DNA of 32,000 nucleotides, taken from NCBI RefSeq assembly GCF_001457615.1, contig NZ_LN831024.1:210001-242000 (forward strand), read 5' to 3'. The notes under the pieces were generated by a model. That model was not told the DNA's origin, did no database searches, and saw only the letters and a list, made by a program, of their open reading frames with translations. The stretch comes from Pseudomonas aeruginosa (GTDB lineage: Bacteria > Pseudomonadota > Gammaproteobacteria > Pseudomonadales > Pseudomonadaceae). Of this stretch, positions 27,108 to 32,000 are shown in pieces (position 1 is the first letter of the stretch; the number at the start of each line of letters is the position of its first letter). The position numbers and the translations under genes are program-made.

Positions 27108-27872
27108 ATGTTCGAGTCCCTGAACAAAGTCATCAATGGCTACGGCCTGATCAGCGGCTTCGCCATCATCGGCGTGACCATGGCGGTGTCCTACTGGTTG
27201 TCGGCGCGCCTCACCCGCGGGCGCCTGCACGGCTCGGCGATCGCGATCTTCCTCGGCCTGGTGCTGTCCTACGTCGGCGGCGTCGCCACCGGCGGGCAGA
27301 AAGGATTGGTGGACGTGCCCCTGATGTCCGGTATCGGCCTGCTGGGTGGCGCCATGCTGCGCGACTTCGCCATCGTCGCCACGGCCTTCGGGGTGAATGT
27401 CGAGGAACTGCGTCGGGCAGGGGTTTCCGGGGTGGTGTCGCTGTTCCTCGGGGTCGGTTCGTCGTTCGTCGCCGGGGTCGCGGTGGCCATGGCGTTCGGC
27501 TACACCGATGCGGTCAGCCTGACCACCATCGGCGCCGGCGCGGTCACCTACATCGTCGGACCGGTGACCGGCGCCGCCCTGGGGGCCAGCTCCGAGGTGA
27601 TGGCGCTGAGCATCGCCGCCGGGTTAGTGAAGGCGATCCTGGTGATGGTCCTGACGCCTTTCGTCGCGCCCTACATCGGCCTGAACAATCCACGTACGGC
27701 GGTGATCTTCGGCGGTCTCATGGGCACCTCCAGCGGCGTCGCCGGCGGCCTCGCCGCCACCGACCCGAAGCTGGTGCCCTACGGTTGCCTGACCGCGGCG
27801 TTCTATACCGCCATCGGTTGCCTGCTGGGGCCGTCGCTGCTGTATTTCAGCGTGCGCGGCCTGGTTGGGTGA
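27108..27872 (+). CDS. madM: Malonate transporter subunit MadM
   Basis: 254 aa MFESLNKVINGYGLISGFAIIGVTMAVSYWLSARLTRGRLHGSAIAIFLGLVLSYVGG. Confidence 0.94.
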   Translation: MFESLNKVINGYGLISGFAIIGVTMAVSYWLSARLTRGRLHGSAIAIFLGLVLSYVGGVATGGQKGLVDVPLMSGIGLLGGAMLRDFAIVATAFGVNVEELRRAGVSGVVSLFLGVGSSFVAGVAVAMAFGYTDAVSLTTIGAGAVTYIVGPVTGAALGASSEVMALSIAAGLVKAILVMVLTPFVAPYIGLNNPRTAVIFGGLMGTSSGVAGGLAATDPKLVPYGCLTAAFYTAIGCLLGPSLLYFSVRGLVG

Positions 27873-27888
27873 GCGGGCTGGTCCGGGC

Positions 27889-27923
27889 ACCCTCTCCCTG
27901 AAGGGCGAGGGTTGGGGAGAGGT
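27889..27923. terminator. Inverted repeat between convergent madM and the LysR gene; possible bidirectional terminator
   Basis: ACCCTCTCCCTGAAGGGCGAGGGTTGGGGAGAGGT: CCTCTCCC pairs with GGGAGAGG. No T-tract. Confidence 0.5.
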
Positions 27924-27956
27924 CAGCGGGCCAGCGGCAATGTGGACTTCCGTCCG

Positions 27957-28886
27957 CTATCCCGCCGCCTCCTGCTCCAGGCGCAGGCTGTACATCCGGC
28001 ACTCCGCGAGCAACGCCAGCAGGTTCGGGTCGCGCTCCTTGGCCTTGAGGAACACCACGCCGATGTGCTGCTGCAGGCGATAGCGCGGTTGCAGCGGGAT
28101 CAGCCGCACGCGGTTCTCGTAGACCGCCTCGATGCGTTTGGGCAGCAGCGCATGGCCGACCCCCGAGCTGACCATGCTGAGGAGGGTGAAGATGTCGTTC
28201 ACCTGCATGGCGATCTGCGGTTCGAAGCCGGCCTGCTGGAACACCCGGGTGCCGTCCTGATGGGTGGCGAAGCCCTGGGTGAGCGTGACGAAGGGCGTGT
28301 CGCGCAGGGTGCTGAGATCGATCTCGGCGAGCCTGGCGTAGGGCGAGTCCACCGGCACGGCGAGGAAGATGTCATCGGAGAACAGCGGCAGGTGCTCGCA
28401 GTCGGGATCGCTGACGCTGTCGTTGAGCGACACCAGGATGGCGTCCAGCTCCATGTTCTTCAGCTGGTAGAACAGGTCGACGTTGGAGCCGAGGATCAGG
28501 TCGATGTTCAGCGCGCTGCGTCGCAGCTTGAGGCCCATGATCAGTTGCGGCACGGTCTTCACCGTCAGCGAATAGAGCGCGCCCAGCTTGAAGCGCTCGG
28601 CGGAGAAGCCGGCCGCCTCGCGGGTCAGGCGCACCGTGTCGAGTACCTCCTGGACCAGCTTCTGCGCGCGCTCCTCGAGCACGTAGGCGCTTTCCAGCGG
28701 GGTCAGGTTGCGTCCCTCGTGCTTGAACAGCGGGCAGCGCAGGGCGCTTTCCAGCGAGTGGATGGCGCGGTGCACGCTGACGTTGCTGGTGCCCAGTTCC
28801 GCCGCCGCGCGCGCCAGGTTGCCGGTGCGCATGAAGGCGAGGAAGGTTTCCAGCTTCTTGAGGGTGATTTCTTCGTCGATCAGCAT
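27957..28886 (-). CDS. mdcR: LysR-family regulator, probable malonate utilisation regulator
   Basis: 309 aa MLIDEEITLKKLETFLAFMRTGNLARAAAELGTSNVSVHRAIHSLESALRCPLFKHEGRNLTPLESA. Convergent with the mdc/mad operon. Confidence 0.88.
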   Translation of the reverse strand: MLIDEEITLKKLETFLAFMRTGNLARAAAELGTSNVSVHRAIHSLESALRCPLFKHEGRNLTPLESAYVLEERAQKLVQEVLDTVRLTREAAGFSAERFKLGALYSLTVKTVPQLIMGLKLRRSALNIDLILGSNVDLFYQLKNMELDAILVSLNDSVSDPDCEHLPLFSDDIFLAVPVDSPYARLAEIDLSTLRDTPFVTLTQGFATHQDGTRVFQQAGFEPQIAMQVNDIFTLLSMVSSGVGHALLPKRIEAVYENRVRLIPLQPRYRLQQHIGVVFLKAKERDPNLLALLAECRMYSLRLEQEAAG

Positions 28887-29232
28887 CCGCGTTCCCCTGG
28901 CCGGTGGCGTCGGGGGATTGTGCCTGAGGCGGCGCGGGAGGGGTAAAAAGGGCCGTCATCTCCTAGCGCGTGGCGGAGCATGACGGCCTGGAAACGCCTT
29001 GGGGAAGGCGGAGTTGCACTGACCGGATGGAATCCCGCTTCGGCAGCCTGAGCCGCCGATAGGCTAACGGAACTCAGCGGATGGAGCGGATGGTGCCCTT
29101 GCTGCCGGTGACCTGCCGGACCGGGGTGGTCCGGAGCGCCGGCCACCCTAGCAACGGAGGCTTTTTGCCACAGTCATCGGATTCGTCTTTGTCAGGAAGA
29201 AAATTCCTCTTGGAATGTCGGAAAGCTGAGGG

Positions 29233-30153
29233 TCAGTGCCGGCGCTCGGCAAGCTTGCCCAGTTGCTCCCGGCAGTAGTCGACGAACAATCGTGCCGGCT
29301 TGGTCAGTTGCGCGCGTTTCAGCCAGGCGGCGGCGAGCCCGGAGGTGGACACCGGCTCGGCGAGGTCGACCATGACCACCTTCTTGCCGTCGTAGGTGCA
29401 TTCCGAATGCGGGCGGGTGACCAGCAGGGAGAAGCCGAAGCCCTGGCCGACCATGCCGCGCACCATCTCGATGGACGGCGAGCTGAAGGCGATGTTCGGC
29501 GTCAGGCCGAGTTCCTCGAACAGGCTGACGAAATAGGTGCGGCTGGGCTGCACGTCGAGCAGGATCATCGGTTCCAGGCACAGGTCGCGCAGCGACACTT
29601 GCGCCTGCCCGGCGAAGCGGTGGCCTTCGGGGAGCAGCGCGTGGGGTCGTTGCGGCGGCATCAGCGGCTCGGTCTCGATGGTCGAGTCGAGGTCGTGCTC
29701 GTAGAGGAAGGCCAGGTCGAAGCGCCCCGAGGTGAGGCCTTGCACCAGTTCCTGCTGCTCGCCGTCGCGGATGCGGATCTCCACCCCCGGATAGGCCTGG
29801 CGAAAGCCGGCGATCAGGCCCGGCAGGTAGAGCGGGGCGACCGTCTCGAAGCAGCCGATGTCGATCTGCCCGGCGATCACGTCGTTGTCGGCCAGGGCGT
29901 TCTGCTCGAACTCGTGGGCCATCCGCAGCAGTTCCTGCGCCTTGCGGTAGAAGCGCGCGCCGGCGGGGGTCAGCGACACGCCCTGGGCGTGGTGGCGGAT
30001 GAACAGCTGCACGCCGAAGCTTTCCTCCAGACCCTTCACCGCCGTGGAGATCGACGGCTGGGCGATGTACAGCTTGCGCGAGGCCTCGGCCACGCTGCCG
30101 CATTCCACGGTGGTCACGAAATACTTGAGTTGCCGCAAGGTATAGGACGCCAC
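29233..30153 (-). CDS. LysR-family transcriptional regulator
   Basis: 306 aa MASYTLRQLKYFVTTVECGSVAEASRKLYIAQPSISTAVKGLEESFGVQLFIRHHAQGVSLTPAG. Divergent from the aldehyde dehydrogenase. Confidence 0.95.
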   Translation of the reverse strand: MASYTLRQLKYFVTTVECGSVAEASRKLYIAQPSISTAVKGLEESFGVQLFIRHHAQGVSLTPAGARFYRKAQELLRMAHEFEQNALADNDVIAGQIDIGCFETVAPLYLPGLIAGFRQAYPGVEIRIRDGEQQELVQGLTSGRFDLAFLYEHDLDSTIETEPLMPPQRPHALLPEGHRFAGQAQVSLRDLCLEPMILLDVQPSRTYFVSLFEELGLTPNIAFSSPSIEMVRGMVGQGFGFSLLVTRPHSECTYDGKKVVMVDLAEPVSTSGLAAAWLKRAQLTKPARLFVDYCREQLGKLAERRH

Positions 30154-30503
30154 TGCAAGACCTCATCGGCGCATCATCCTCCCCGGGCCGGGCGTGCGCG
30201 CCTCGATTGTTGTGTCCGCCGCGCTGCAAGCAAGTTGCAGGCCGCTGCCGGGCGTCGCGGCGCTGGCCGCGACGACGATTGCCCGCCTGCACGATAACCC
30301 AGCACGACGCACTTTGCCGGGGCACGCCTGGCCAGCTTTTTCTTATGTCCCGAGGACATTTTTAATAATTTTCCTTCGCCGCGGCTTGCGCGACCATCCT
30401 TCCCCATCGACCCCATGGACAGCGGTCCGCCTCCCGGCGGTCCGGGCCATGCGTGCAGAACCACGACCGGCGCAGACCGGCGAGATAACAAGGAGAAGGT
30501 GGG

Positions 30504-31994
30504 GTGTTCGAACTCAGCGATTGGCAACGGCGCGCCGCGACACAGCGCTTCATCGACCAGGCCCTGATCGGCGGCCGCCAGCGTCCAGCCGCCAGCGGCG
30601 CTACCTTCGACGCCATCGATCCGGCGAGCAATCGCCTGCTGGCGCGGGTCGCGGCCTGCGATGCGGCCGACGTCGACGCGGCAGTGGCCGCCGCCCGCCG
30701 CGCCTTCGACGAAGGCCCCTGGGCGCGTCTCGCCCCGGTCGAGCGCAAGCGCGTGCTGCTGCGCCTGGCCGAGCTGATGCTGGCCCATCGCGAAGAGCTG
30801 GCGCTGCTCGACTCGCTGAACATGGGCAAGCCGGTGATGGACGCCTGGAACATCGATGTACCCGGCGCCGCCCACGTCTTCGCCTGGTATGCGGAAAGCC
30901 TCGACAAGCTCTACGACCAGGTCGCGCCGACCGCCCAGCAGACCCTGGCCACCATTACCCGCGTGCCGCTGGGGGTGATCGGCGCGGTGGTGCCGTGGAA
31001 CTTCCCGCTCGACATGGCCGCCTGGAAGCTCGCCCCGGCCCTGGCCGCCGGCAACTCGGTGGTGCTCAAGCCGGCCGAGCAGTCGCCGTTCTCCGCCCTG
31101 CGCCTGGCCGAGCTGGCCCTGGAGGCGGGGGTGCCGGAAGGCGTGCTGAACGTGGTGCCGGGCCTCGGCGAGCAGGCCGGCAAGGCCCTCGGCTTGCACC
31201 CGGAGGTGGACGCACTGGTGTTCACCGGCTCCACCGAGGTCGGCAAGTACTTCATGCAGTATTCCGCGCAATCCAACCTCAAGCAGGTCTGGCTGGAGTG
31301 CGGCGGCAAGAGTCCGAACCTGGTGTTCGCCGATTGCCGCGATCTTGACCAGGCGGCGGAAAAGGCCGCCTTCGGCATTTTCTTCAACCAGGGCGAGGTC
31401 TGTTCGGCGAACTCGCGCTTGCTGGTGGAGCGTTCGATCCACGACGAGTTCGTCGAGCGCCTGCTGGCCAAGGCCCGCGACTGGCAGCCGGGCGATCCGC
31501 TGGACCCGGCCAGCCGCGCCGGCGCCATCGTCGACCGCCGGCAGACCGCCGGGATTCTCGCCGCCATCGAGCGGGCGCAAGGCGAGGGCGCGACCCTGCT
31601 CGGCGGTGGCCGCCAGTTGACGATCAACGGTTCGGACAACTTCATCGAACCGACCCTGTTCGGCGACGTACGCCCGGACATGCAGCTGGCCCGCGAGGAA
31701 ATCTTCGGTCCGGTGCTGGCGATCAGCGCCTTCGACTCCGAGGACGAGGCCATACGCCTGGCCAACGACAGCCGCTACGGCCTCGCCGCCTCGCTGTGGA
31801 GCGACGACCTGCACCGTGCACACCGGGTGGCGCGGCGCTTGAATGCCGGAACGGTGTCGGTGAATACCGTGGACGCGCTGGACGTCGCGGTGCCTTTCGG
31901 CGGCGGCAAGCAGTCCGGCTTCGGTCGCGACCTGTCGCTGCATTCCTTCGACAAGTACACCCAGTTGAAGACGACCTGGTTCCAGTTGCGCTGA
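30504..31994 (+). CDS. NAD(P)-dependent aldehyde dehydrogenase
   Basis: 496 aa with likely GTG start. PLGVIGAVVPWNFPLDMAAWKLAPALAAGNSVVLKPAEQSP, FTGSTEVGKYF, LECGGKSPNLVFADC, and catalytic Cys in FFNQGEVCSANSRLLVERSIHDEFV. Confidence 0.96.
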   Translation: MFELSDWQRRAATQRFIDQALIGGRQRPAASGATFDAIDPASNRLLARVAACDAADVDAAVAAARRAFDEGPWARLAPVERKRVLLRLAELMLAHREELALLDSLNMGKPVMDAWNIDVPGAAHVFAWYAESLDKLYDQVAPTAQQTLATITRVPLGVIGAVVPWNFPLDMAAWKLAPALAAGNSVVLKPAEQSPFSALRLAELALEAGVPEGVLNVVPGLGEQAGKALGLHPEVDALVFTGSTEVGKYFMQYSAQSNLKQVWLECGGKSPNLVFADCRDLDQAAEKAAFGIFFNQGEVCSANSRLLVERSIHDEFVERLLAKARDWQPGDPLDPASRAGAIVDRRQTAGILAAIERAQGEGATLLGGGRQLTINGSDNFIEPTLFGDVRPDMQLAREEIFGPVLAISAFDSEDEAIRLANDSRYGLAASLWSDDLHRAHRVARRLNAGTVSVNTVDALDVAVPFGGGKQSGFGRDLSLHSFDKYTQLKTTWFQLR

Positions 31995-32000
31995 AGACGC

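Noticed and set aside
30174-31943. 589 aa minus-strand ORF opposite the aldehyde dehydrogenase
   Set aside because: Shadow frame of a well-supported dehydrogenase; composition is typical of GC-driven open frames.
1-32000. CRISPR arrays, transposases, integrases, phage genes, tRNA/rRNA
   Set aside because: No regularly spaced direct repeats, mobile-element proteins or recognisable structural RNA sequences were seen on reading both strands.

Overview
This 32 kb, GC-rich window looks like Pseudomonas aeruginosa chromosome. Gene content and order match, from memory, the PAO1 segment around PA0184-PA0219. (1) 1-13.3 kb is an organosulfur/sulfate-ester-type scavenging neighbourhood: an ABC ATPase (partial), a tandem-fused double ABC permease, a divergent substrate-binding protein, three TauD/TfdA-like dioxygenases (one apparently frameshifted), an AEC-family transporter, an OprD-family porin, a PAP2/class A acid phosphatase, a LysR regulator and a TonB-dependent receptor. 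(2) 13.95-16.9 kb is the pntAA-pntAB-pntB proton-translocating transhydrogenase operon. (3) 17.2-19.2 kb is tonB-exbB-exbD, followed by a strong intrinsic terminator. (4) 19.4-20.4 kb holds a small DUF3079-like gene and an RBBP9-like hydrolase. (5) 20.5-27.9 kb is a complete, tightly overlapped malonate decarboxylase operon (mdcABCDEGH-madLM) with a convergent LysR gene (mdcR-like). (6) A second LysR gene lies divergent to an aldehyde dehydrogenase. I found no CRISPR array, mobile element, rRNA, tRNA or obviously novel multi-gene system. The most check-worthy signals are the frameshift in the second tandem dioxygenase, A-rich AACAATAA (Hfq/Crc-like) motifs at the starts of the porin and madL, a hairpin covering the porin ribosome-binding region, several unexplained intergenic hairpins, a possible leader peptide before the TonB receptor, and a possible strain-level deletion between the RBBP9-like gene and mdcA.
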